This document shows positions 19,027 through 28,723 of a DNA stretch of 64,000 nucleotides, one piece after another. Position 1 is the stretch's first letter, and every line of letters starts with the position of its first letter. Source of the stretch: Candidatus Acidiferrales bacterium. Its GTDB lineage: Bacteria > Acidobacteriota > Terriglobia > Acidiferrales > UBA7541. The notes under the pieces are model-generated. The model was not told where the DNA came from, ran no database searches, and saw nothing but the letters and a program-made list of their open reading frames with translations. Location of the stretch: NCBI GenBank assembly GCA_050014395.1, contig JBEKDK010000004.1, positions 9,765 through 73,764 on the forward strand. The letters run 5' to 3'. The position numbers and the translations under genes are program-made.

Positions 19027-19692
19027 ATGCCGCGTCCCTTTGAGCAAGAGCTGCAGGAACTGAACGAGCGAGTGCTGTGGATGGCGAGCCTCTCCGAGCG
19101 CGCCGTGCACGATTCCGTGCACGCCGTTCTGGATTCCGACCAGAGCCTGGCCGATGCCGTGCTCGAGCAGGAAAACGTCATCAATGAAATGCAGATTGAG
19201 ATCGACGATCGCGTCGTGCAGTTGGTGGCGCAAGTGCAGCCCATGGCCAGCGACCTGCGCTTCTTGCTGGCCATCAGCCGCATCAACTCGGAACTCGAGC
19301 GCATCGGCGATCAGGCCGTGAACATCGCGCAAGCTGCGGTGCGCATCCTGCGGCACCCGCGCGTGAAGCCATACGTCGATCTGCCGCGCATGAGCGAACT
19401 CGCCGAGGGCATGGTCCGCGACAGTATTCGCGCCTTGATCGATCGCAATATCGAACTGGCGCAGGGTGTCCTGGTGCGCGACGATCTGGTGGACCAGTTA
19501 CGCAATCAGATATTCCGCGAAATGCTCACCTACATGATGGAAAATTCCGCCGTGGTCTTCGCGTCGTTCGAGCTGATCCTAATGGCCAAGAATCTCGAGC
19601 GCATCGGCGATCTGGCCACGAATATCGCCGAGGACGTCATCTACATCGTGCAAGGCCGCGACGTTCGCCACAACGCGATGGATCGCCGCTAG
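19027..19692 (+). CDS. phoU: phosphate signalling complex protein PhoU
   Basis: Two PhoU repeats with ERIGD motifs; follows pstB. Confidence 0.9.
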   Translation: MPRPFEQELQELNERVLWMASLSERAVHDSVHAVLDSDQSLADAVLEQENVINEMQIEIDDRVVQLVAQVQPMASDLRFLLAISRINSELERIGDQAVNIAQAAVRILRHPRVKPYVDLPRMSELAEGMVRDSIRALIDRNIELAQGVLVRDDLVDQLRNQIFREMLTYMMENSAVVFASFELILMAKNLERIGDLATNIAEDVIYIVQGRDVRHNAMDRR

Positions 19693-19879
19693 CCGGCGCG
19701 TTCATCGCGTTAAACTCATCGAAGAAGCAGGACATCCGCGGCTGCGACGCCCCGCGACATAGCTCCACGTTGACTTATCGCGGTGGTATGATTCCATTAT
19801 GGCGCTAAGGAACTGACGTAGCGCCGGCGGACGCCCGCCCCTGGGACGCCGTTTGCAACTGGCGATATCGCCTAACTCA

Positions 19880-20974
19880 ATGAACTCAACGATTCGATAC
19901 GTCTCGCTGGCCGCGGCAGCGGTGCTGTTTGCTGGCGCTGTTGCATCCGTGCGCGCGGACGACAGCGCGGCGTCGGTAGCTGCCGGAGGCATTCAGTTAC
20001 GCCGCGATGCGGACATCTCGATGGAGAAAGAGGTACTGACGATCAGCCAGAGCAAGGTGACGGTCGAGTACGAATTCCTGAATGAAACGGACAAGGATAT
20101 TACGACGGAGGTGGCCTTCCCAGTTCCACCCTACGACGCCGAATACACTGGCCCCGGAGGCCACGGAGGCTTTGAGGATTTTCGGCTGTGGGTCGAAGGC
20201 AAGGAACTGAAATATAACAACGAGGTCCGCGCGGAGTTGAACGGCAAGGACTACACCGACCTGCTCAAGGGGCTTGCAATTGACATTGCATCGTTCGGGG
20301 GATGGGATAACAAGAACGGTCAACCTGTTGGGCCAGTCACAAAGCTCCCCGACGAGCAGCTTCGGCAACTTTCAATCCTTGGACTCATCTCGTTGGAAGA
20401 CGGCTATCGAAACAAGATGCCGCTTTGGGACGTTGTGAAAACGTACTACTGGACCCAAACCTTTCCTGCGCATCAAATCCTGCACGTTCGTCACGAGTAC
20501 ACGCCAGAAGTTGGCTACACGTTGGTCGATCCCGAAGACCTTGACCCCGTACAGCGCCAGAAAAAACTTTCGGGACTCCGGCCGGGTGCGCCGATTCCGC
20601 CGGATTTCGACGATACCGTGACGCTTAACCAGTACATCGAAAACTCTTGCATCGCCCCGCCGATGCAAGAATTACTCGCCCGGCACGCGGCTGGAAAGCC
20701 CCAGGCAAATGGCGGCGTAATATTGATGCTCTGGGTGGACTTCATTTTGACCACCGCCAATTCCTGGAAAACACCCATCAAAGATTTCACTCTGATTGTC
20801 GAACGGCCGTCGGCGCCGCGCCTGGTGCCTGGAGCAGTTGCGCCCGTCGTCAGCTTTTGTTGGGACGGCCCAATCACCGAGGAGGTTCCCGGGCACATGG
20901 TGGCGCACGCGACAAATTTCGTACCCGCGAAAGAACTCCACGTGGGCGTTTTTTCCGTACCTCAACATCCCTAA
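19880..20974 (+). CDS. secreted hypothetical protein (possibly DUF4424-like)
   Basis: Start at ATG 19880 gives signal peptide MNSTIRYVSLAAAAVLFAGAVASVRA; family call from memory only. Confidence 0.55.
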   Translation: MNSTIRYVSLAAAAVLFAGAVASVRADDSAASVAAGGIQLRRDADISMEKEVLTISQSKVTVEYEFLNETDKDITTEVAFPVPPYDAEYTGPGGHGGFEDFRLWVEGKELKYNNEVRAELNGKDYTDLLKGLAIDIASFGGWDNKNGQPVGPVTKLPDEQLRQLSILGLISLEDGYRNKMPLWDVVKTYYWTQTFPAHQILHVRHEYTPEVGYTLVDPEDLDPVQRQKKLSGLRPGAPIPPDFDDTVTLNQYIENSCIAPPMQELLARHAAGKPQANGGVILMLWVDFILTTANSWKTPIKDFTLIVERPSAPRLVPGAVAPVVSFCWDGPITEEVPGHMVAHATNFVPAKELHVGVFSVPQHP

Positions 20975-21060
20975 CCTGATCAGGCGCGCTGTCGCTCATC
21001 GCCGCGCGGGGCGGCCACCTTGACGGCGGCCGCAGTGGCGCTTACCATCGACCGGCAAAC

Positions 21061-23313
21061 ATGAGCGAAGATCCGCTGATTGGGCAGTCGCTGTTACATT
21101 ACAAAATTATCCGCCAGTTGGGCGCGGGCGGCATGGGCGTGGTGTACGAAGCCCAGGATTCGCAGCTCGGCCGGCGCGTGGCCCTGAAGTTTCTGCCCCC
21201 GGAGATGGCGCAGGATAGCCAATTGCTCGAGCGCTTTCAGCGTGAAGCGCGCGCGGCTTCCTCCCTTAATCATCCGAACATCTGCACCATCCACGCGATC
21301 GAGCAACACGAGCGGCGGCACTTCATCGTGATGGAACTGCTCGAAGGGCAAACGCTGGCGCAGAAAATGACGCGGCAACCGATGGAAGTGGAGATGCTTG
21401 TCACGCTTTCCATCCAGATCGCCGACGCCCTGGAATCGGCGCACGCCAAGGGCATCGTGCATCGCGACATCAAGCCAGCGAATCTGTTCCTCACCGAGCG
21501 CGGGCAAATAAAAATTTTGGATTTTGGCCTGGTGAAGATCAGCGGTGGCGAACTTACGCAAGCTGCCGCTGCGGCGCACGGCGAGACTCAGTTTTCCAGC
21601 AACGACCTTACATCGTTGGGCGCGGCCGTCGGTACCGTCTCCTACATGTCGCCGGAGCAGGCTCGCGGCCAGATGGTGGACGCGCGGACGGATCTGTTTT
21701 CCACCGGCACCGTGCTCTATCAAATGGCCACCGGGACGCTCCCTTTTCAGGGAGACACCACGGCGATCATCTTTGACGCCATCCTGAATCGCGATCCCAA
21801 GCCAGCCGGCGAGTTGAATCCGCAGCTGCCCCCGGATTTTGTGCGCATCCTGGATAAGGCTCTGGAAAAAGACCGCAATTTGCGCTGCCAGACGGCGACG
21901 GAACTGAAGACCGACCTTACTCGCCTGAAGCGCGATCTTGAATCGAGCAACAGGCGCGCAAAGGGGAAAACCGATTCGGATCCGGGCGTCGCGAAGCAAA
22001 CGGGAAAATCCGTGGCCGTCCTTTATTTTGAAAACTTGAGCGGCGCCAAGGAAGACGAATACCTGCGCGACGGCATCACCGAAGACATCATCACCGAGCT
22101 TTCCAAGATTCGCGGACTGAATATGTTTTCGCGCCCCACCGTTCTGGTGTTCCGCGACAAGCCGGTGACTCCGGCGCAAATCGGCCAGCAGCTTGGCGCG
22201 GCGTACGCGCTGACTGGAACGCTGCGCCGCGCCGGCTCGCGGCTGCGCATCAACGCGCAGCTTGTGGACACGCACACGGATTTCACGCTCTGGTCGGAGC
22301 GTTTCGACCGCGAGATGAAAGACGTTTTCGAGATTCAAGACGAAATTGCCCGCAAGATCGCGGAGGCCCTGCGCGTGACGCTTTCCCCGCAAGAACTCGA
22401 AGCGCTGGCCGTGAAGCCCACGGAGAGCCTGCAGGCCTACGATCTTTACTTGCGCGGAAAACGATACGCGCGGCGGCAAACGCGGCAGGATTTGGAATTC
22501 GCGCTGCAGATGTTTCAAAACGCGGTGGCCATGGACGAGAATTTCGCACTGGCTCATGCCGCCTGCGCGAACGCCTGCGCGATGTTCTATTGCAACTACA
22601 GCCGCGATCAAGTGTGGGTGGAACGCGCGCGCGAGTCTTCGGGCAAGGCCGTGGCGCTGCGCTGGGATCTGCCCGAAGTGCACGTCAGCCAAGCGTGGGT
22701 GCTCTACGCCGCCGACCTGCATGACGAAGCCGTGCGCATGGTCCGCAAAGCCATCGAACGCAAACGCGATTGCGAAGGCGCGTACTACATGCTCTGCCGC
22801 GCGCTATTCGCCGCGGGGCGCTACCAGGAAGTGGTGAACGTCGCGGAAGACGCGATCGAAGCCAGCGGCGAGGATTACAACGTGTATGTGCCGATCATCA
22901 ACTCGCTGGGCGCATTGGGAAAACAAGAAGCGCAACGCAACATGGCTCATAGGGTGGTCGGCGCGCTCGAGAATCACTTGAAGCAAGTGCCCGAGGATGC
23001 GCGGGCGCGCGTCCTGATGGCCAGCTATTGCGCGGATATCGGGCGTGCGGACGACGCCGTGCGCGAACTCAACTTGGCCGTTACGCTGCGCGCCAACGAA
23101 GCTTCAATTCTCTACAACGCGGCCTGCACCTACTGCAAAATTAGCAGAAAGCAAGAAGCCCTGGACGCCCTGGCCAAAGCTTGGGAAGCGGGATTCAAAG
23201 ACGCGGTGTGGGCGCGCCGCGATCCCGACCTCGCCGCTCTTCACGGCGAACCGGAATTTGAGCGCTTATACCCCGAGAAACCCGAGACGCCCTCCGCTTT
23301 CGCGTCCCACTGA
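21061..23313 (+). CDS. Ser/Thr protein kinase with C-terminal TolB-N-like and TPR region
   Basis: GAGGMGVVY glycine loop, [23 protein letters not shown]; TPR-like C-terminus. Confidence 0.88.
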   Translation: MSEDPLIGQSLLHYKIIRQLGAGGMGVVYEAQDSQLGRRVALKFLPPEMAQDSQLLERFQREARAASSLNHPNICTIHAIEQHERRHFIVMELLEGQTLAQKMTRQPMEVEMLVTLSIQIADALESAHAKGIVHRDIKPANLFLTERGQIKILDFGLVKISGGELTQAAAAAHGETQFSSNDLTSLGAAVGTVSYMSPEQARGQMVDARTDLFSTGTVLYQMATGTLPFQGDTTAIIFDAILNRDPKPAGELNPQLPPDFVRILDKALEKDRNLRCQTATELKTDLTRLKRDLESSNRRAKGKTDSDPGVAKQTGKSVAVLYFENLSGAKEDEYLRDGITEDIITELSKIRGLNMFSRPTVLVFRDKPVTPAQIGQQLGAAYALTGTLRRAGSRLRINAQLVDTHTDFTLWSERFDREMKDVFEIQDEIARKIAEALRVTLSPQELEALAVKPTESLQAYDLYLRGKRYARRQTRQDLEFALQMFQNAVAMDENFALAHAACANACAMFYCNYSRDQVWVERARESSGKAVALRWDLPEVHVSQAWVLYAADLHDEAVRMVRKAIERKRDCEGAYYMLCRALFAAGRYQEVVNVAEDAIEASGEDYNVYVPIINSLGALGKQEAQRNMAHRVVGALENHLKQVPEDARARVLMASYCADIGRADDAVRELNLAVTLRANEASILYNAACTYCKISRKQEALDALAKAWEAGFKDAVWARRDPDLAALHGEPEFERLYPEKPETPSAFASH

Positions 23314-23347
23314 GGTTTTCAGAAGACAACGGAGTCAGTAAAAGAAA

Positions 23348-23383
23348 GCCGGGGATGCGATTCGCATCCCCGGCATTGTTTTT
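23348..23383. terminator. bidirectional intrinsic terminator between convergent genes
   Basis: GCCGGGGATGCG-att-CGCATCCCCGGC (12-bp perfect stem) flanked by an A-rich 5' side and ATTGTTTTT 3' side. Confidence 0.75.
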
Positions 23384-23399
23384 GCGATTGTGGCGACGC

Positions 23400-25622
23400 T
23401 TAGCGGTGATGACCTCCGCCACCGCCTCCGCCGTGGGAACCGCCGCCCCCACCGCCGCCACCGCCGCCCCGCGAACCACCGCCGCCCCCACCCCCGCCTC
23501 CGCCGCGATTACCGCCACCGCCGCCGCCGTAGCTGCCGCGGCTAGGAGCGCTCGATCCGCCACGATTGCCACCACCGCCGGGGTTATTGTTCGGGCGGCT
23601 CACCACCGGTTGGTGCATGTTGAGCGGCGGGCGGTAGTTGCCGGATGAATTGGAGGGTGTGCGCGCATTGCTGCCGCCTGCGTTGCCGCCGGAGGGCCGC
23701 GATGACGGGTTGAATTGCTGGTAGCCATTTCCGCGACCGACGGAATCGGGTGCGCCGCGATTATCGCCGTTGGTGTTTCCGGAATTCGGAGGCCGGTACG
23801 ACGGCGTTGAATTGCGATTGCCGCCCTCGTTGCCGGATGGACCGCGCTGGCCCTCGCCCGAATTCGTATCGCCGAATCGATGCCAACCTTGCGCCGATGC
23901 CGCTCCAGTGGCGGCTCCGCCTCGACCGGATTCGGATGCGGCGCCGCGCTGTTCGCTGCCTGCGGCATTCGCTCCGAAGCGCGCGCCATTCTCCTGAATG
24001 CTCTGGCGCTGCGCCGCGGAGGTTTGATCGAACGAGCGGGACACGGACGCCGTCTGATGCACGGAGTAGAAGTGTTCGTTATTCGCACGACCGGAAATTG
24101 ACGAAGGATTCGCCGCGCGGCCGCTGGCGCTGAGACTTGCGCGCGTTGGCGCCACGGGCATCGCGCCGGTGATGCGGTTTCCCTGGCCGATCATTTCGCG
24201 CGAAGCCGGCGTCACTCCGACTCGGCCCGCGCCGAAGCGATCGGCCGGGACGGTTGATAGCGCTCCGCGCAAGCGATCGTTCCCAGCGAAGCCGAGCGTC
24301 GAATAGCCGCCAGCGCGCAGCGGACCAAAACCGCCCGCGTGATAGCCGAGATGGTTCACGTCCTCGAATCCGAATCGCGCTCCGCCATACCACGGGAAGA
24401 AGCGGTCACCGGGCCCAAGCGGCATCCAGCCGTAGTGGCCGAACCCGAAGCCACCCCCGAATCCGCGGCCGAAGCCGAAGAACGAAACGTACGCCGGAGC
24501 CCAGATCGGGCGATAGAACCGGCCCCAGCCGAAGTTCACGCCCCAACCCCCGCCCCAGCCTCCGCCAAAGCCCCAACCAAATCCGCCATACACCGGGCCG
24601 GGCCACCATGCCCATGCGTCGCCGCAAAGCAACCAGCGGCCATAGTGATACGGCGCCCATCCCCACGACTCATTCGAAACCCAAGTCCAGCCGTAATACG
24701 GTTCCCAAACCCACTGGCCGTCTTGATAGGGCGCCCATCCCGGACCCTCCGCGGGCTCCCACACCTGGCCGTAGCCGGGGGCGTCAACCCAATTACCGTT
24801 GGCATCCAGGTCCTGCGTGCCAACGTAGTAGGGATCGGTGTCCTGCCAACTGCCGGCGCTTTGAATCTGGTGATCGCGTTGTTCGTTCCACGAATCGAAC
24901 GCGTCTTTTTCGGGGGCGTCGCTGATTTTGTACTGCGCATCTTGTCCCGCGCCCTGGATGGTAATCAGCTCGCCCTTCTTGACGTGCGTGCTGCCCTGCG
25001 GCGTAGAGATTTCGGCGGAGCCGTTGCGCACGATCACCTGCGTTTCAGTGTCGGAGAGGACGAGGATGCGGAAGCTGCCCTCATCGTGATTTGGGTGAAT
25101 CGCGACGTTGGGAGTGTCGATCTCGACGTCTGATTCGCTGTGCTTGAAAATCGAAAAGTTCACCAAGCCTTCCGCGACCTGCACTTGAATCTGTTGCTGG
25201 TCCAGCGCCGCGATGTTGGCCTGCGCGTGTTCGCTCAGTCGCAGGACGTCCGCGAAATCCAACTGCACTTCAGCTTGCGAGTTCGCGCCGGTGGAGATTT
25301 TGTCGCCCGGTTCGAGCGGCGTGTTCAGCGTCGCCGCCGACCAATCGCCGGAATCGCCGCGTTGCGTTGAGGCGTCGCCGCGAATCAAGCTGATGCGCGC
25401 CACGCCCGGCGCCGCTTGCTGCTGGCCCTGTTGCTGCGGCTGCGATTGATCGGGCGCGCCGGCCGGTGGTGGCGGGGCCTGCTGCTGCATTTGCCCCTGC
25501 ACTTGGTACTGGCCCTGGTCGGGCGGCTGTTGCGATTGATCGGGCGCTTGAGCGAGGATGCTGCTGGCGCCGAACAGCGCGATCGTCAAAATTGCGGTTG
25601 CGCTAAAGATTTTGGTCTTCAT
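23400..25622 (-). CDS. secreted FecR-like / Trp-rich (DUF6600-like) protein with poly-Gly tail, paralog 2
   Basis: Signal peptide MKTKIFSATAILTIALFGASSILAQA; FecR-like beta region; WxW-rich core (WGWAPYHYGRW); long low-complexity C-terminus. Confidence 0.75.
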   Translation of the reverse strand: MKTKIFSATAILTIALFGASSILAQAPDQSQQPPDQGQYQVQGQMQQQAPPPPAGAPDQSQPQQQGQQQAAPGVARISLIRGDASTQRGDSGDWSAATLNTPLEPGDKISTGANSQAEVQLDFADVLRLSEHAQANIAALDQQQIQVQVAEGLVNFSIFKHSESDVEIDTPNVAIHPNHDEGSFRILVLSDTETQVIVRNGSAEISTPQGSTHVKKGELITIQGAGQDAQYKISDAPEKDAFDSWNEQRDHQIQSAGSWQDTDPYYVGTQDLDANGNWVDAPGYGQVWEPAEGPGWAPYQDGQWVWEPYYGWTWVSNESWGWAPYHYGRWLLCGDAWAWWPGPVYGGFGWGFGGGWGGGWGVNFGWGRFYRPIWAPAYVSFFGFGRGFGGGFGFGHYGWMPLGPGDRFFPWYGGARFGFEDVNHLGYHAGGFGPLRAGGYSTLGFAGNDRLRGALSTVPADRFGAGRVGVTPASREMIGQGNRITGAMPVAPTRASLSASGRAANPSSISGRANNEHFYSVHQTASVSRSFDQTSAAQRQSIQENGARFGANAAGSEQRGAASESGRGGAATGAASAQGWHRFGDTNSGEGQRGPSGNEGGNRNSTPSYRPPNSGNTNGDNRGAPDSVGRGNGYQQFNPSSRPSGGNAGGSNARTPSNSSGNYRPPLNMHQPVVSRPNNNPGGGGNRGGSSAPSRGSYGGGGGGNRGGGGGGGGGGSRGGGGGGGGGGSHGGGGGGGHHR
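23403..23580 (-). repeat. coding low-complexity (GGN)n tract giving Gly runs of about 10
   Basis: Plus strand is a CCGCC/CCACC-rich tract; translation ends ...GGGGGGNRGGGGGGGGGGSRGGGGGGGGGGSHGGGGGGGHHR. Confidence 0.8.
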
Positions 25623-25672
25623 GACTATCTGTGCCTCCCCCTGGAAGCATACAAATCATACGCAGATGAGAG

Positions 25673-25689
25673 AGCAGGCCGCGTGCCAG
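25673..25689 (-). promoter_or_regulatory. sigma54 (-24/-12) promoter upstream of paralog 2
   Basis: Minus strand TGGCACG-cggc-CTGCT. Matches TGGCACG-N4-TTGCW with correct GG/GC spacing. About 50 nt upstream of ATG 25622, with a GGGGGAGG SD in between. Confidence 0.7.
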
Positions 25690-25853
25690 ACTCGCCGATT
25701 CCAAGCCTTCCCGTAAATCTATTTAATTGAGCGCGATAGGGCGAATTTTGCGGGGTGGGATTCCTTGTTCGGAAGCGGTCTCTGGCTGCTTTCAATCAGA
25801 AGTGGTGGATTTCGGCCACCGCCTCGCAGCCGGTTGCGTCAGCTCGCAGAAGA

Positions 25854-27233
25854 TCAAGTTTCCTTGTCGGGATCGTCGGCGATGCCCATTCGCGTGAGGC
25901 GATAGCGCAGGGCGTTGCGCGAAAGTCCAAGCATCCGCGCGGCGCGGCTCTTGTTGCCGGCGGTGCGGCGCAAGGCCTCGCGAATCATTTCGTCTTCCCA
26001 CTGCTCGAGCGTGACGCCTTCGGGCAGCAGCGGTCCGGCTTCGGATGGGCCGGAAGCCGGCTTCGCTCGGCCGGAATCGACGTGGATGTCTGCAACTTCG
26101 AGCACTTCGCCCTGGGCCAGCGCGCAGGCGCGCTCGATCACGTTTTCAAGCTCGCGCACGTTACCGGGCCAATGAAACTCCATCAGAATTTCGAGCGCGT
26201 CGGGGCGAATGCCGGTGACCGGCTTGCCGGAGCCGCGCGAGAATCGCTCGATGAATAATTGCACCAGCTCCGGAATGTCTTCCTTGTGCTCGCGCAGCGG
26301 CGGGATGTCGATGGGCACGACGTTCAAGCGGTAATACAAATCTTCGCGGAAGGTTCCCTCTTCAAGCGCGGCGCGCAGATCGCGATTCGTGGCCGCGACC
26401 AATCGAACATCCACCTTGAGCGTGCGCGTGCCGCCAAGCCGCTCGAATTCACGCTCCTGGAGCACGCGCAGGAGCTTCACTTGCGTCGCCGGCGGCACGT
26501 CGCCGATCTCGTCCAGAAACAGCGTGCCTTTATCGGCCATCTCGAATTTGCCGGGCTTGGTGCCGGATGCGCCGGTGAACGCGCCCTTCTCGTATCCGAA
26601 TAATTCGCTTTCGAGCAAATTTTCCGGAATGGCCGTGCTGTTGATTTTGATGAATGGGCCCGAGGCGCGGCGCGATTTTTCGTGCAGTACGCGGGCGATC
26701 ATGTCCTTGCCCACGCCGCTTTCTCCGCCCAGCAGCACGGTGGCGTTGGTTGGCGCGATGCGCTCGACTGTGGCCATCACCTCCTGCATTTTCGCGCTGC
26801 TCGTCACCACATTCGGGTGGGCGTAGCGCTGCCCCAGCGCCTCGCGCAGCGTGCGATTTTCTTCGCGAAGGCGGCGGACGTCCAGCTCCTTCTGAATCAC
26901 CATTTTCATTTCCGCCAGCGAAAATGGTTTCAACACGTAGTCGCTGGCGCCGGCCTTCATCGCCTCGACAGCCGTTTCGACGGTGCCAAACGCCGTCATC
27001 ACCACCACCGGCAGCGCCGCGTTGGTGCGCTTTACGGCCTGCAGAAATTCCAGGCCGTCCATGCCGGGCAGCTTCAGATCGGTCACCACGACATCCACCG
27101 ATTCCTGCCGCAGCAGCTTCAAGCCCTGCTCCGCGTCAGCGCCGGTGAGCACACGATGGCCTTCTTCGCTCAGATCGAGCTCCAGCAGCCGGCGCAGCTT
27201 CGGCTCGTCTTCGACAATTAGGATTGTAGCCAT
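25854..27233 (-). CDS. sigma54-dependent response regulator (NtrC family)
   Basis: Receiver domain, AAA+ with GESGVGKD Walker A and GAFTGA loop, C-terminal Fis-type HTH. Confidence 0.9.
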   Translation of the reverse strand: MATILIVEDEPKLRRLLELDLSEEGHRVLTGADAEQGLKLLRQESVDVVVTDLKLPGMDGLEFLQAVKRTNAALPVVVMTAFGTVETAVEAMKAGASDYVLKPFSLAEMKMVIQKELDVRRLREENRTLREALGQRYAHPNVVTSSAKMQEVMATVERIAPTNATVLLGGESGVGKDMIARVLHEKSRRASGPFIKINSTAIPENLLESELFGYEKGAFTGASGTKPGKFEMADKGTLFLDEIGDVPPATQVKLLRVLQEREFERLGGTRTLKVDVRLVAATNRDLRAALEEGTFREDLYYRLNVVPIDIPPLREHKEDIPELVQLFIERFSRGSGKPVTGIRPDALEILMEFHWPGNVRELENVIERACALAQGEVLEVADIHVDSGRAKPASGPSEAGPLLPEGVTLEQWEDEMIREALRRTAGNKSRAARMLGLSRNALRYRLTRMGIADDPDKET

Positions 27234-27246
27234 TAGCGTTTCAAGT

Positions 27247-28704
27247 CTATAACACGGCAGCCGAAGATTCGGCGTTCGCCCCGTCCGTGGCGCCTGCTGC
27301 CGGCAGAAAAACTACGAATCGAGCGCCGCGCGGGCTGTTTTCCAGATGAATCGTGCCGCGATGCTCGTCAATGATTTTCGAGACGATCGAAAGGCCCAGG
27401 CCCACGCCGGTCTTCTTCGTGGTGACGAACGGATTGAAAATCTGCTCGCACATTTCGGCCGGCACGCCGGACCCGGTGTCCTCAATACGCACTTCCACGC
27501 CCGCCCGCCCGCCGGATTGCGCGGGGTTCACGGAAACGCGCAATGTTCCTCCCGCATCGCCCATGGATTCGTATGCGTTCTGCACCAAGTTGACGAACGC
27601 GCGCTCCGCCAAATTTTCATCGAGCGGAATTTGCGGCAAGTCCGGCGCGATGTTGCGCTCCACGCGCACCGGTCCGCCATGCCAGCCTTCGGCAACCGTG
27701 GCGAGCACGCGATCGAGAAGCGCCGCGATCGATCCCGGATATCGCTCCGCGCGCAGTGGCCGCGCAAAATCGAGAAACCGCGAAACCAGCGCGCCCAGGC
27801 GATTCACTTCGCTTGAAATGTAACCGGCCAATTCTCCGGCCAGCGGATTCGACGTGCCGATTTTCTGCTCGAGCATCTCCGCCGAGCCCTTGATCACGCC
27901 CAGCGGATTGCGAATTTCGTGCGCCAGGCCCGCGGACATCTGACCGAGCGCCGCCAAGCGCTCCGAGCGGCGCGCTTCGTCCTGGGCCTGCTCGAGGCGG
28001 GTATTCGTTTCGGCGAGGCGCAGGGCGAGGCCCCGATAGCGTGTCGTTTGGCGGCGGATCTCGATCGAAAAACGATTCACCACGATGGCGACCAGAAAGA
28101 AAAACAGAATGCGAATCGCAAGCTCGCCCAACTCGGGCAAACCGATCATGAAATCGCGAGAGGCGGGCAGCAGGTAGTAGCAGTAGGCGGCCGATGCAAG
28201 CAGAGTCCACAGCAGCGTGCCGATCGTGTCGAAATACATCCCCGCGGTCATCACCGGCAAAAAGAAAATCGGGTAGTAGCTACTGTTGATGGTGGCTTCG
28301 CCACCGGTGTGGTCGATCAAAAGCATCGCCAGAGCGATCTTCAGCAGCACGGCGTAGTAGCGGCCGCGTCGTGGCTCGAATCGGACGAGGCGCCCTTCGA
28401 GCAGTTGCACCGCAGCGATCACTATCAGTATGAGCTGTTTGTGAATTTCGCGAATCGGCGGAAGAACCGCGAGGCCGGCGAGAATGATCACCACCAGCCA
28501 ATCGATCCAAGCGCGGCCATCGTGCTCGGTTCGATTGCCGCCGTCGTCAACCACTTCATCGTCCATCGTGCCGGGAATTGTAGCGGAAATCTCCGGGGCG
28601 CCGACATCCGCGCCCGCGTTAATCGCGCGGCTCGCGGACGCCGTGGCGCCCTCAGTGATCGATTGCGTCCGCCCCTCAGGGCGGGCGTGGAATATCTCAG
28701 CCAT
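27247..28704 (-). CDS. membrane sensor histidine kinase
   Basis: Multi-TM N-terminal half, HisKA (SAGLAHEIRNPL), HATPase (GVGLGLSIV); 13 nt upstream of the regulator gene. Confidence 0.85.
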   Translation of the reverse strand: MAEIFHARPEGRTQSITEGATASASRAINAGADVGAPEISATIPGTMDDEVVDDGGNRTEHDGRAWIDWLVVIILAGLAVLPPIREIHKQLILIVIAAVQLLEGRLVRFEPRRGRYYAVLLKIALAMLLIDHTGGEATINSSYYPIFFLPVMTAGMYFDTIGTLLWTLLASAAYCYYLLPASRDFMIGLPELGELAIRILFFFLVAIVVNRFSIEIRRQTTRYRGLALRLAETNTRLEQAQDEARRSERLAALGQMSAGLAHEIRNPLGVIKGSAEMLEQKIGTSNPLAGELAGYISSEVNRLGALVSRFLDFARPLRAERYPGSIAALLDRVLATVAEGWHGGPVRVERNIAPDLPQIPLDENLAERAFVNLVQNAYESMGDAGGTLRVSVNPAQSGGRAGVEVRIEDTGSGVPAEMCEQIFNPFVTTKKTGVGLGLSIVSKIIDEHRGTIHLENSPRGARFVVFLPAAGATDGANAESSAAVL

Positions 28705-28723
28705 CTTGGGCTACATCGCTACA

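Noticed and set aside
21094-22722. 542-aa minus-strand ORF
   Set aside because: Antisense to the Ser/Thr kinase gene, which has all Hanks motifs. It has no start context or recognisable domain.
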